Below are positions 55,276 through 64,000 of a stretch of DNA of 64,000 nt, one piece after another. Where the stretch lies: contig JBDNYM010000006.1 in NCBI GenBank assembly GCA_047722305.1, positions 213 through 64,212 on the forward strand, in the 5' to 3' direction. Both the position numbers and the translations under genes were made by a program. The stretch's first letter is position 1; every line of letters begins with the position of its first letter. The notes under the pieces were generated by a model. That model did no database searches. It saw only the letters and a list, made by a program, of their open reading frames with translations, and was not told the DNA's origin. This DNA comes from Pseudoclavibacter sp. (GTDB lineage: Bacteria; Actinomycetota; Actinomycetes; Actinomycetales; Microbacteriaceae).

Positions 55276-55890
55276 CTGCTCCTCGGACTCGATGAGCTCC
55301 GGGTGACCGGGATAGAGCATCGCGGCGATGGTGTGCTCGTGGTCGATGCGGAGTCGCCGCCGAGTCCGGTCGGCTGCCCGGGGTGCGGGGTGGTCGCGGA
55401 GTCTGCGGGGCGGAAAGCATTGGTCCTGACGGACGCGCCGATGGGCGGGCGCCCGGTGGCGGGTCCGGTGGCGCAAACGTCGCTGGCGGTGTCGCCAGGA
55501 CGGGTGCGGGGTGCGCTCATTCACGGAGCAGAACCCGGCCGTCGCCGCGGCGAACTTGACCGCCCGGGCTGTGACATCGGCGGTGGGACGATGCGCCGCG
55601 AGAACGCGCCGGTGCGCGGGATCGCCCGACAGTTACGTGTCGCCTGACGCACCGTCTGGAGCCACGTCGAAGCGGCCGCACCCTGAAGCAGTGGCGTGAC
55701 GCGTTCCTGGCCTACTGGACGACGGACCGCTCATCCAACGGCGGCACCGAGGCCGTGAACGGACTGATCGAACTCGCCCGCCGCGTCGCCCGCGGCTTCA
55801 CCAACTACGACAACTACCAACTCCGCATGCTCCTCATAGCCGGCGACCTCCACCCTGCCACCCCACCTAAAATACGCAGAGACCCTAATC
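55276..55890 (+). mobile_element. ISL3-family transposase remnant (frameshifted, internally deleted).
   Basis: The N-terminal fragment is LDELRVTGIEHRGDGVLVVDAESPPSPVGCPGCG...LTDAPMGGRPV. The C-terminal fragment is WRDAFLAYWTTDRSSNGGTEAVNGLIELARRVARGFTNYDNYQLRMLLIAG. An IR-like AAAATACGCAGAGACC lies near 55869-55884. Confidence 0.65.
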
Positions 55891-55956
55891 CGAGGCAGAA
55901 CAGCCGGCATTGATACTCAACGATGTGCAAGTCCGCTCCACATCCCCGCGAAACGT

Positions 55957-56424
55957 CTAGCGACGAGGACGGCGACCCTTCGGGCGAATCTGCCCGCCGT
56001 GATCGAGCACCGCTTGGCGCAGCGCCTCGTCGCTGATTCCCACTTGCCGAGCGACCTGCACAAGTATCATCCCGCTCTCGTAGAGGGATGACACTTGTGC
56101 TCCTTCGTCTGCAACCAAGCGCGCTGCTCGAACGGCGACGCCCGTGCGACGAACGAGCGCCGGGATCGTGCCACGATGCACCCCGTACTTCACACTGATC
56201 GCCTTGACAGGCACCCCGGCTTCGTAGTCAGCGACCAGCTCAGCCCGCTTCGACGGGCGCAGTCTTGTTTGAGACTGAACCCGGTTTTTTACTACCTGAC
56301 CTCGCGTATCGTGTCTCTCAGACGCCCGCGACCGAGGATGTCGACCCTCGGAGTCCGTGAGAACACGACGAATCAAGGTTTTCAGCCCAGGACGAGTGTT
56401 TGAGAATCGCCTGGGAAGGACCAC
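55957..56424 (-). CDS. Protein with two resolvase-type HTH units, paralogue of 50606-51076.
   Basis: MVLPRRFSNTRPG... versus MVLRRCFSNPRRP...; YEAGVPVKAISVKYGVHRGTIPALVRRTGV; YESGMILVQVARQVGISDEALRQAV. Confidence 0.65.
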   Translation of the reverse strand: MVLPRRFSNTRPGLKTLIRRVLTDSEGRHPRSRASERHDTRGQVVKNRVQSQTRLRPSKRAELVADYEAGVPVKAISVKYGVHRGTIPALVRRTGVAVRAARLVADEGAQVSSLYESGMILVQVARQVGISDEALRQAVLDHGGQIRPKGRRPRR

Positions 56425-56542
56425 CAGCGGCCTGGGAATCGGACCGGATGCAGGACAGCCGTCTCGAATCGCGTGAGCTGCAGAGTGCGGGGCGCCGGCG
56501 GGCGACGGGATGCCCTGAGTCCGGCGGCGAATGCTGCTGCGG

Positions 56543-57760
56543 TCAGTCGTCCCAGGCGGGCACCTGCGTGGACCCCGCCGGGCGCGCGGCCTGGCGGGCC
56601 AGGAGGTCCGCCCGCGACTCCGGGTCGATTGCGGCGGTGGCCGCGGCCCACGCGAGTCCCTTCGCGCCGACGATCAGGGTCCCATCCCCGTCGAGGGAGG
56701 CGGCCGCGGCGGCGAATGCGGCGGTGTGGGGCGGCGCGGTGGTGGTGCGCACGGCGATCATGGGGTGGATCGCGGGCACCACCTGAGAGACGTTCCCCAT
56801 GTCGGTGGATCCGCCGCCGACGCCGGTCACGGGCTCGAGTGTGCGGCCGAGCTCCACCAGAGCGTCGTCCCAGGGCTTCGCGAGCAGCGGCTCCTGGATG
56901 ACGCAGGCGTAGCGCGGCTCCATCCGGGCGCGCTCCCAGGTGCAGCCGGTGGCGATCGCGCTGCCCTCGAAGCAGTTCATGACCCGGGCCTTGACGTCGG
57001 CGAGCTCGTCCATGTCGAATGAGCGGATCTCGACCTCGATGATGGCGCGCTCGGGGATGACGTTGGTCACGGTGCCGCCCTCGGTGAGGATGGCCGCGAC
57101 CCGGGTCGTGCTGTACAGGTGCTGGCGCAGCAGGCCGATCGCGGTGAGGGACAGCGTGGCGGCGGACAGGGCGCTGATGCCGGCTTCGGGGGCGGCGGCC
57201 GCGTGCGCTCCCTGGCCGGTGAACGTGATCCGGTACCGGTCGACGGCCTGGCAGGAGAAGTCGGCCGCCCGGGCGTCGGCGGCCGGCCCGCCGTGAACCA
57301 TGAGGGAGACCGTGGCGTCTTCCCACGCGCCGGCCTCGAGCATGATGGCCTTGCCGCCGCCGTGCTCCTCGGCGGGGGTGCCGAGCAGCTTGACGCGGAT
57401 GCCCGCCCGGTCCGCGATCTCGGCCAGGCCGAGGGCGGCCCCCAGACCGGCGGTCGCGATGATGTTGTGCCCGCATCCATGGCCGATGACCGGCAGGGCG
57501 TCGTACTCGGCGCACACCGCGACGACGAAGTCGCCGCTGCCGTAGGTCGCCTCGATCGCCGTGTCGAGGCCGTACGCGCCGACCTTCGTATCGAATCCGG
57601 CGTCGCGCAGGGCGTCGGCGACGCGGGCGGCGGCACGGTGCTCCTGGAACGAGAGCTCCGGGTCGTCGTGGATCGCGTGGCTCAGGGCGACGAGGCGAGG
57701 GGCTTCGGCGTCGATGCGGCGCGCGATGAGAGCCTTCGCGCCCTCCAATGCAATGGTCAT
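56543..57760 (-). CDS. M20-family amidohydrolase/peptidase.
   Basis: CAEYDALPVIGHGCGHNIIA, GTPAEEHGGGK, and the C-terminal GGSTDMGNVS. ATG at 57760 (MTIALEGAK...). Confidence 0.85.
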   Translation of the reverse strand: MTIALEGAKALIARRIDAEAPRLVALSHAIHDDPELSFQEHRAAARVADALRDAGFDTKVGAYGLDTAIEATYGSGDFVVAVCAEYDALPVIGHGCGHNIIATAGLGAALGLAEIADRAGIRVKLLGTPAEEHGGGKAIMLEAGAWEDATVSLMVHGGPAADARAADFSCQAVDRYRITFTGQGAHAAAAPEAGISALSAATLSLTAIGLLRQHLYSTTRVAAILTEGGTVTNVIPERAIIEVEIRSFDMDELADVKARVMNCFEGSAIATGCTWERARMEPRYACVIQEPLLAKPWDDALVELGRTLEPVTGVGGGSTDMGNVSQVVPAIHPMIAVRTTTAPPHTAAFAAAAASLDGDGTLIVGAKGLAWAAATAAIDPESRADLLARQAARPAGSTQVPAWDD

Positions 57761-57861
57761 GCGGGTTCCTCTCTCACGGTCGATTCGGGACGGATGTCCT
57801 GGGTTGTGCGAAGGATGGCGGGCCCCTGCCGGCGGCCGGCCGCCTCGGCAGCGGCTGTCGC

Positions 57862-58257
57862 TCAGGAGCGCTTGGAGCCTTTGCTCTGGCTCAGGTAGCG
57901 CTTGAACACCGCGCCCATGAGGATCCACCCGCCCAGTGCGGTGACGATCCAGACCACCAGCGGGGCGAGCACCCACCCGAGACCGGTGATGCTCAGCCCG
58001 TCCGAGATGAGGGTCGCGACCCAGAGGGCGAGGAGGGTGGAGATCAGCCCGATGCCGCCCAGGACGGCGGGGGCGTGTTTCCGGGCCAGGTTGAAGACGA
58101 AGGGCGTCAGCACGCTCTGGGCGAGGGCGAAGACGACCACGGCGACGATGAACCCGGACACCTGCAGGGTGACCTGCGGCAGCACCCAGGCGGCGATCAG
58201 CAGCGCCACGGCCGACGTGATCAGGTTCGTCGCGATACTCAGGAAGAAGCGGGCCAC
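57862..58257 (-). CDS. Four-TM small membrane protein (phage-holin-4-like family).
   Basis: GTG at 58257 after AAAGGAA. MARFFLSIATNLITSAVALLIAAWVLPQV.... Confidence 0.6.
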   Translation of the reverse strand: MARFFLSIATNLITSAVALLIAAWVLPQVTLQVSGFIVAVVVFALAQSVLTPFVFNLARKHAPAVLGGIGLISTLLALWVATLISDGLSITGLGWVLAPLVVWIVTALGGWILMGAVFKRYLSQSKGSKRS

Positions 58258-58551
58258 GGCGGTTCCTTTCGAATGCCGACCGGTCGAGCCCCAGCTGGGC
58301 GGTGCCCGGCTGAGGCTCGTGGTCGTCGTTCCACGGCGACCCCGCACCTGTGCAGACCAGCGCTGCCCGGCGAGCAGGGTCAATGCCACCCTACTGCCAG
58401 GCCGGGGCGCCCTTCCGAGGCGATCCAGGAGCCGACGTCGCCGAACTCAGGACATTCGTCTCGAGACGCCCGAACTTAGGACGCGGGGGCCCAGATTCGG
58501 ACCCGATGTCCTGAATCCGGTCCGGTCGGGTCGGGGCGGCCGCTCGTCTCC

Positions 58552-60309
58552 CTACGGCCGCAGGAACCGCCCCGCGGCTGCATCCTCGGCCGCGATATCG
58601 CGCATCTGGTAGTGCACCTTCTTGCCGGTGGCGTTGTAGGGGACCTCGTCGGCGGCGATGAACCGGTAGAGCCGCGGGCGCTTGTAGCGGGCCAGCAGCG
58701 GATTCGAGGCGGCGTAGGCGTCGAGCAGCTGAGCCGCGGTGCGGTCGTCGGCCGGCAGCGCGTCGGTGCCGTCGCGCACGATGTACACGGCGACGAGCTG
58801 GCCCCAGCGGTCGTCCGGAACCGCGACGACGATGGCGTCGGCGACCCCGTCCAGATCGGAGAAGATGCCTTCGACCTGCACCGGATAGACGTTCTCGCCG
58901 CCGGAGATGATCATGTCGTCCTTGCGGCCGACGATGGTGACGATCTCGTTCTCGTCCCAGGTGGCGAGGTCGCCCGGGTAGAACCAGCCGTCGTGGAACT
59001 TCTCGCTCTCGGCCTTCTCGTTGCCGAGGTAGGAGTAGCCGCTCTTGACGGTGCGGGTGGCGAACTCGCCGACGGTGGTGCCGTCCTTGGGCACCTGGTC
59101 GGCGGGGTCGGCCAGGTGGTCGTCGTACACCGACACCACGGCGACGTCGTCGTCGGTCGAGGCGCGACCGGCCGCACCGGCGCCCTCGGGGAGGTCCTCC
59201 GGGCGCAGGAACGTGTTCCAGAAGCTCTCGCTGGTGCCGTAGCCGTTGAAGATGCGCGGGGTGAGGGTCGCCTGGAAGCGCAGGGCAGCGGTCCGGTCCA
59301 ACGGCGAGCCCATGGTGACGATGCCGTGCAGGCTGGAGAGGTCGCGCGGGTGGGCCTCCTGGGCGTCGGCGAGCTCGAACAGCGTGGCCGGGGCCCCGAT
59401 CAGATAGGTCAGCCGGCGCTGCTCGACCAGGTCGAGCACGGTGTCGGCGTCGAAGTGGCGCAGGGTGACGGACTCGGCCCCCACGTAGAACACCGGATTG
59501 GGGCCGCCTGAGTACAGGCCGCCGCGGTGGAACAGGGGCGTCATGTTGAGCGTGCTGTCGTAGGGGCTCAGCGGGAAGTGCATGATCACGTCGTGGGCGG
59601 AGAACACGTCCACCAGCGACGGCAGGCCGATGGCCTTCGGCATCCCGGTGGTCCCGGAGGTGTAGATGCGGGTCGCCTCGTCGAAGGTGCTCACCGGCGG
59701 GAGCCCGGCGCTGTTGCGCTCCAGCTCGGCGGCGGTGATCGGTTCGGCGGCCAGCAGCTCGTCGAAGCCCACGGACTCGGGTACCCGGGGGCCGTCGCCC
59801 ACGGCGACCAGCAGCAGGGGCTGGTGCTTCGCGATGGCGAGGGCCTCGGTGATCTCCTCGGTGCGCTGGGTGTCGTAGACGAGCACCGTGGGGCGGGAGT
59901 CGTCGATGATGTAGGCCACCTCGCCGGGCGCCAGGCGGAAGTTGCTGGGTGCGAAGATGTCGCGCAGCCGGTGCGCAGTGGGATACAGGATGGCGAACTC
60001 GGGGCCGTTGAACAGCTCGACCATGATGAGCTCGTCGGCCCGGACGCCGTGCCGGAACAGGCCTCCGGCGACGCGACGGGTGGCGTCGCCCAGCTGCCGA
60101 TACGTCCAGGAGCGCCCGGTGGCGGGCTCGGAGAGGGCGGGGCGATCGGCGAAGCGGTGGACGTTGCGGTCGAACCCGGCGAGGTAGGTGAAGTCGTGCT
60201 CGAGCACGGCCCGGAACCGGGTCGAGTCGTAGCGTCCGCGCTGGGAGTACTGCGCGGGGGCGAGGTCGGCGGTCGGCTGGGGCTCAGCAGCTGGTGTTTG
60301 CGTCGTCAC
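58552..60309 (-). CDS. AMP-dependent acyl-CoA synthetase/ligase.
   Basis: YTSGTTGMPKA AMP-binding motif, GYGTSE, YPGDLA, and the C-terminal GKK. Confidence 0.9.
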   Translation of the reverse strand: MTTQTPAAEPQPTADLAPAQYSQRGRYDSTRFRAVLEHDFTYLAGFDRNVHRFADRPALSEPATGRSWTYRQLGDATRRVAGGLFRHGVRADELIMVELFNGPEFAILYPTAHRLRDIFAPSNFRLAPGEVAYIIDDSRPTVLVYDTQRTEEITEALAIAKHQPLLLVAVGDGPRVPESVGFDELLAAEPITAAELERNSAGLPPVSTFDEATRIYTSGTTGMPKAIGLPSLVDVFSAHDVIMHFPLSPYDSTLNMTPLFHRGGLYSGGPNPVFYVGAESVTLRHFDADTVLDLVEQRRLTYLIGAPATLFELADAQEAHPRDLSSLHGIVTMGSPLDRTAALRFQATLTPRIFNGYGTSESFWNTFLRPEDLPEGAGAAGRASTDDDVAVVSVYDDHLADPADQVPKDGTTVGEFATRTVKSGYSYLGNEKAESEKFHDGWFYPGDLATWDENEIVTIVGRKDDMIISGGENVYPVQVEGIFSDLDGVADAIVVAVPDDRWGQLVAVYIVRDGTDALPADDRTAAQLLDAYAASNPLLARYKRPRLYRFIAADEVPYNATGKKVHYQMRDIAAEDAAAGRFLRP

Positions 60310-60385
60310 TGGTGTCCTTTCGATCAGGATGTTGTTGACACAAGCAGCGGTCTACCACCGGGGCTGAGGGCCCTGGCACTGCGAT

Positions 60386-61090
60386 CTACGCCAACTGCTG
60401 GCCCGCAGATTCATCGATGCGCACACACATCGCGTGCCGTCCGTCGGTGACCTGCCGCCCGGCCAGGTACTCGGAGTGCGAGAAGAAGTCGGGGTCGCGG
60501 TCGGTCTCGATGCCGCTGGGGACGATGTGGGCGGCATCCAGCCCGGCGGTGGCGAGCTGCTCGGCGACGACGTCGGGGAAGGCGCGGTCACCGCGGTCGT
60601 GGATCGGGTAGGCGTCTCCGCTGGGGGAGGGGCCGAGCCAGGCGTGCAGGTTCCGCGCCTCGACGCCGAACTCGTGCTCCAGGTACTCGACGGAGTGCCG
60701 GCCGCCGTCCTGCACCACGCTGTGGCGGCCGAGGTGCGTGAGCATGAGCACCTCCGTGACCGGGTCCCACAGCACGGTGCCCATGCAGTCGGCCAGGGGG
60801 AGGAACAGCCACAGCCCGGGGATGCGGGTGGCCAGCCCGTCGGCGACCACAACCGGCCGGGTGATGCCGGCCCCGCCGTCCGCGGCGGTGACGGTCTGAT
60901 AGCGGCAGTAGTCGCTGCGGTCATAGGAGACGTGCACGCGTGCGGTGCGATCGGGTGCTGCGCCGATGGCGAGCAGGAACGGTGCCCGCCCGGCCGGGGC
61001 CCCTGGGTGCTGATCGGCGCTCTTCATGGTGCCGTCCTTGGCCTCGGAGACCCAGAGCGAGAGACGGGGGGAGAACTCGATGCGGCGCAT
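60386..61090 (-). CDS. YfiH/PgeF-like (DUF152, Cu-oxidase_4) family protein.
   Basis: LPLADCMGTVLWDP...LMLTHLGRHS resembles the ADC...H(A)GW core. 234 aa. Confidence 0.55.
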   Translation of the reverse strand: MRRIEFSPRLSLWVSEAKDGTMKSADQHPGAPAGRAPFLLAIGAAPDRTARVHVSYDRSDYCRYQTVTAADGGAGITRPVVVADGLATRIPGLWLFLPLADCMGTVLWDPVTEVLMLTHLGRHSVVQDGGRHSVEYLEHEFGVEARNLHAWLGPSPSGDAYPIHDRGDRAFPDVVAEQLATAGLDAAHIVPSGIETDRDPDFFSHSEYLAGRQVTDGRHAMCVRIDESAGQQLA

Positions 61091-61178
61091 GGGCCCATGC
61101 TAGAGCCCGGCCTCCACAGGAGCGGCAGGTACGGTGGTCTTCGGAAACTGGCGATACACCGGGACGAAGAGGAGCAAC

Positions 61179-62153
61179 GTGAAATTCAGGAAGACGCGCG
61201 CGGCTGCGGCGGCGCTGGCAGTGGCAGCGGTGCTCGCGGGAGGGGCGCTCAGCGGCTGCTCATCCTCCTCGACGGCGACGGTATCCGGTTGCAGCACCCC
61301 TCCCGCCGGGGACTCTTCGACCTCGATCAAGGTGTCGGGCGCCTTCGGCAAGGCCGTGAAGATCGACCACGTCGGCCACGCACCCACCTCGGTGTTCCAG
61401 CGCACCGTGGTGAAGGCGGGGACCGGGCCGGCCGTGAAGAAGAACGCGGCGGCCACCATCCACTTCGCCTTCTTCGACAAGAGCGGGACCGCGCTCGAAC
61501 AGAGCGATCAGTCGTTCTCGCAGGGCGTCTCCATCGCGTCCGGCCAGGCCGAGTCGAAACTGTGGAATTCCATCGCCTGCACCAAGACCGGCAGCCGGCT
61601 GGTGCTGACGGGTCCGATGAGCGACTTCGTGCCCTCCTCATCCCTGCCGACCGCGATCACGGCCAACGACAAGGTGATCTGGGTGGTCGACGTCGCGCCG
61701 ACGGCGTCGGTGTCGCCGGCGCCGAGCGCCGCGGCATCCGACCTGCCGTCCGTGACCGATCAGAACGGCGTCCCCACCATCGGCGACCTGTCGGGGGACC
61801 AGCCCACTGAGACCAGGGCCGCCGTCCTGAAAGCCGGCTCCGGATCGAAGGTGAAGGCCGACTCCACCATCAGCGTGCGCTACGTCGGCAAGCAGTGGAG
61901 CAACAACACCGTGTTCGACTCCACCTGGAAGGACGGCGAGGCGTCACCTTCGCCGGTGTCGTTCCAGATGTCGCAGGTCATCACCGGCTTCCAGCGCGGG
62001 TTGGTCGGCCAGCGCGAGGGCTCCCGGGTGCTGATCGTGATGTCGGCCGACGATGCCTACGGGGCGCCGAGCTCCGACGGCGCCACCACGACCTCGGGCG
62101 GGGCGCCGGCGGGCGCTCTGGTATTCGTGGTCGACATCATCGGCGTGTCATGA
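61179..62153 (+). CDS. FKBP-type peptidyl-prolyl isomerase lipoprotein.
   Basis: VKFRKTRAAAAALAVAAVLAGGALSGC lipobox. C-terminal VRYVGKQWSNNTVFDSTW...VITGFQRGLVGQREGSRVLIV. Confidence 0.8.
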   Translation: MKFRKTRAAAAALAVAAVLAGGALSGCSSSSTATVSGCSTPPAGDSSTSIKVSGAFGKAVKIDHVGHAPTSVFQRTVVKAGTGPAVKKNAAATIHFAFFDKSGTALEQSDQSFSQGVSIASGQAESKLWNSIACTKTGSRLVLTGPMSDFVPSSSLPTAITANDKVIWVVDVAPTASVSPAPSAAASDLPSVTDQNGVPTIGDLSGDQPTETRAAVLKAGSGSKVKADSTISVRYVGKQWSNNTVFDSTWKDGEASPSPVSFQMSQVITGFQRGLVGQREGSRVLIVMSADDAYGAPSSDGATTTSGGAPAGALVFVVDIIGVS

Positions 62154-62992
62154 GCGATCCCGGCGGGGTCAGGCTCGGTGACCTGATCGCCGCCGCCGAC
62201 GAGCTCTGGCCGCCGGTCCTGGCCGAGCCCTGGGACAATCCCGGCCTGGCCGTCGGCGACCCGCAGGCGCCGGTGCGGCGCGTGCTCGTGACCGTGGATG
62301 CGGTGCCGGCGGTGCTGGATGAGGCGGAGGCGCTCGGTTGCGAGGCGATCGTGAGCCACCATCCGACGCTGTTCGCATCCCCGCGGACCCTGCGCGCCGA
62401 TACCTGGCCTGGGGCGCTGCTCGCGCGGGCGGCCGGAGCGGGGGTGGCGCTCTTCTCCGCGCACACCAACGCGGATGCTGCCCCGGGCGGCGTCAATGAC
62501 GCGCTGGCGGACGCCCTGGGGATGTCCGTCCGGCGGGAGCCGATCGAGCCGGGCGCGCTGCCCGGCAGCGGGATCGGCCGGGTCGGCGAACTCACCGGGC
62601 CCCTGCCGCTGCGGGCGTTCGCCGCCCGCGTGGCCGAGCGGTTGCCGGACACCGCCGGCGGCGTGCTCGTCCAGGGGCGTCCCGAAGCCACGATCACGAC
62701 GGTGGCGATCTGCAGCGGCTCCGGTGCCGACTTCCTGGAGCATCCGGCCGTGCAGGCCGCCGACTGCTATGTGACCGCCGACCTCAAGCACCATCAGGCG
62801 CTGGATGTGGCCAGCGCTCGCGCGGCGGGGCTGCGGCGTCCCGCGCTGGTCGGCATGTCGCACTGGGCGGGGGAGTCGCTGTGGGTGCGGGGCGCGGTGG
62901 CGGCGCTCACGGCGGCCCTGCCGGTGCAGGCGGTCGCGAGTCGGGTGCCGACGGACCCGTGGACGTTCCGCGTCGCCGGACAAAGCGAGTAG
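62150..62992 (+). CDS. NIF3-family (GTP cyclohydrolase I type 2-like) metal-binding protein.
   Basis: WDNPGLAVGDP...VTVDAVPAVLDEAEALGCEAIVSHHPTLF...SAHTNADAA. The ATG at 62150 overlaps the FKBP stop. Confidence 0.85.
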   Translation: MSDPGGVRLGDLIAAADELWPPVLAEPWDNPGLAVGDPQAPVRRVLVTVDAVPAVLDEAEALGCEAIVSHHPTLFASPRTLRADTWPGALLARAAGAGVALFSAHTNADAAPGGVNDALADALGMSVRREPIEPGALPGSGIGRVGELTGPLPLRAFAARVAERLPDTAGGVLVQGRPEATITTVAICSGSGADFLEHPAVQAADCYVTADLKHHQALDVASARAAGLRRPALVGMSHWAGESLWVRGAVAALTAALPVQAVASRVPTDPWTFRVAGQSE

Positions 62993-62997
62993 ACTTC

Positions 62998-63374
62998 CGG
63001 CCCGGACGGGTCGTCCAGACGGTCGCGTCGCCTTCGGGCGCCGAGGAACGTCCGGGCTCCATAGGGCACGATGGTGGGTAACGCCCACCCGGAGCAATCC
63101 GAGAGAGAGTGCAACAGAGAGTAGACCGCCCGCGGTCGTGCTGATCACGACTGCGGGTAAGGGTGAAACGGCGGTGTAAGAGACCACCAGCGATCCGGGT
63201 GACCGGGTCGGCTCGGTAAACCTCATCGGGAGCAAGGCCAAGCAGAAGGTTGAGCTGCCCGCTCAAGACCTTCGGGTAGGCCGCTAGAGGGTGTCGGCAA
63301 CGGCGCCCCGAGAGAGATGACCGTCTCGCCGCTTGCGGCGAACAGAACCCGGCGTACCGGGCGGCCCGTCCATA
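62998..63374 (+). ncRNA. rnpB: RNase P RNA, bacterial type A.
   Basis: GAGGAACGTCCGGGCTCCATAGGGCA, GTGCAACAGAGAG, GGGTAAGGGTGAAACGG, GTAAGAG, GGAGCAAGGCCAAG and ACAGAACCCGGCGTACCGG are all in the canonical order. The ends were set by the P1 pairing CCGGACGGG/CCCGTCC and are accurate to about +/-10 nt. Confidence 0.93.
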
Positions 63375-63469
63375 CTTGCTTCTTCGTCGTTGTCCCGGCC
63401 CTGGCCATGGCAGCACCAGGGGTGCCCGCGACAGCCGGCAGGGATGCCCTGGGACGCAGCGTCCCGGGC

Positions 63470-64000
63470 TCAGTGCGCCCGGGTCGGATTGCCGGCCGCT
63501 GTGGTGGTGGGAGAGTCTGCCGCGAACGCCGCGGCCCCGAGGATCCCCGCCGTGTTCAGGTACATCGCGGGGACGATCTTCGCGTGCAGGTCCAGCAGCG
63601 GCAGAAAGTCTTCGTGCTGGCGCGAGATGCCGCCTCCCACCACGATGAGGTCGGGCCAGAACAGCGCCTCGACGTGGCTGTAGAACTGCTGCAGCCGCTT
63701 GGCCCACACCCGCATGGTGAGGTGCTCGCGTTCCCGCGCCGAGTTGGCTGCGTAGGTCTCGATGTTGGGATGCTTGCCGATGTCGAGGTGCCCGAGTTCG
63801 GTGTTGGGGACGAGCTTGCCGTCGACGATGATGGCGCTGCCGATGCCCGTGCCGAGCGTGGTCAGCAGTACGCAGCCGGGAACCCCGCGGGCGGCCCCGA
63901 ACATGATCTCGGCGTAGCCGGCGGCGTCCGCGTCGTTGAGCACCTGGACGGGGGTTCCCAGGGCGTCCGAGAACCGCTGCTGCGCATCCAGGCCGATCCA
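63470..64000 (-). CDS. ppgK: ROK-family polyphosphate glucokinase, C-terminal part; the N-terminus lies beyond the right edge.
   Basis: VLNDADAAGYAE...LTTLGTGIGSAIIVDGKLVPNTELGHL...LIVVGGGIS. The frame is open to base 64000. Confidence 0.8.
   Translation of the reverse strand, partial: WIGLDAQQRFSDALGTPVQVLNDADAAGYAEIMFGAARGVPGCVLLTTLGTGIGSAIIVDGKLVPNTELGHLDIGKHPNIETYAANSAREREHLTMRVWAKRLQQFYSHVEALFWPDLIVVGGGISRQHEDFLPLLDLHAKIVPAMYLNTAGILGAAAFAADSPTTTAAGNPTRAH

Larger units (their letters stand above)
1..56480. mobile_element. Conjugative element (T4SS-type ICE or integrated plasmid), partial. The left end lies outside the window and the right end is approximate.
   Basis: Co-linear conjugation and maintenance genes: VirB4-like, VirB6-like, wall hydrolase, ParB-like, Prim-Pol, ArdC-like and MOBF relaxase. 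Metal-resistance and defence cargo are interleaved. Housekeeping-type genes start at about 56.5 kb. Confidence 0.6.

Noticed and set aside
54692-55524. ORFs 54692-55012 (-), 54772-55137 (+), 55018-55524 (-) and 55257-55520 (-).
   Set aside because: They overlap the promoter region of the unknown operon or lie antisense to the ISL3 remnant. Their composition is Arg-rich junk.
62998-63374. rnpB as the integration target of the element.
   Set aside because: Five intact core-type genes (56543-62992) separate it from the island edge, and the RNA gene appears complete.
1-64000. CRISPR arrays, tRNA genes, rRNA genes, riboswitches.
   Set aside because: Scanning by eye found no regularly spaced repeats, no cloverleaf-like GC-rich 75-nt units in intergenic gaps, and no rRNA signatures. 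This is a visual scan only, so tRNAscan-SE, Infernal and a CRISPR finder should confirm it.

Overview
This is high-GC actinobacterial DNA that looks Microbacteriaceae-like by gene content; the taxon is not verified. About 56 kb of the window is a T4SS-type conjugative element (ICE or plasmid-derived) whose backbone genes run on the minus strand. The backbone carries a split VirB4-like ATPase, a VirB6/TrbL-like protein, two pilin-like genes, a three-domain wall hydrolase, ParB-like, DUF2637-HTH, Prim-Pol and ArdC-like genes, an orphan C5 methyltransferase and a plus-strand MOBF relaxase-helicase. Accessory DNA interrupts it in four places. (1) 246-12631 is a tyrosine recombinase / XRE / Zn-ribbon recombinase-like triplet followed by cargo: an arsenic cluster (trxB-trxA-acr3-arsRC fusion-arsC), a cmtR / SPC-type P1B ATPase / thioredoxin-fold operon, and an oxidoreductase with arsR and an ArsN-like GNAT. 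(2) 19561-23417 is a second, inverted triplet whose large gene is frameshifted, plus a CX5R phosphatase-like gene. (3) 31.0-39.0 kb is a copper module: AraC, multicopper oxidase, His-rich ATPase with a CPD motif, propeller lipoprotein, DUF305, membrane protein and YHS protein, with a CsoR-type operator. (4) 44-56.4 kb is a visibly lower-GC accessory/defence island. It holds a protein with an Rx4H motif, dprA, an ABC-3C-like nuclease / middle component / coiled-coil ATPase trio, and an unrecognised three-gene operon (46 aa, 222 aa, 956 aa) bracketed by paralogous HTH genes and an ISL3 remnant. From about 56.5 kb onward the genes look like chromosomal core: M20 amidohydrolase, holin-like protein, acyl-CoA synthetase, YfiH-like, FKBP lipoprotein, NIF3, RNase P RNA and partial ppgK. 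I saw no rRNA, tRNA or CRISPR array. The best candidates for novelty are the 51279-54957 operon, the ABC-3C-like trio, the recombinase triplets, and a palindromic motif recurring upstream of the backbone transcription units. All family assignments rest on motif recognition by eye, not on searches.
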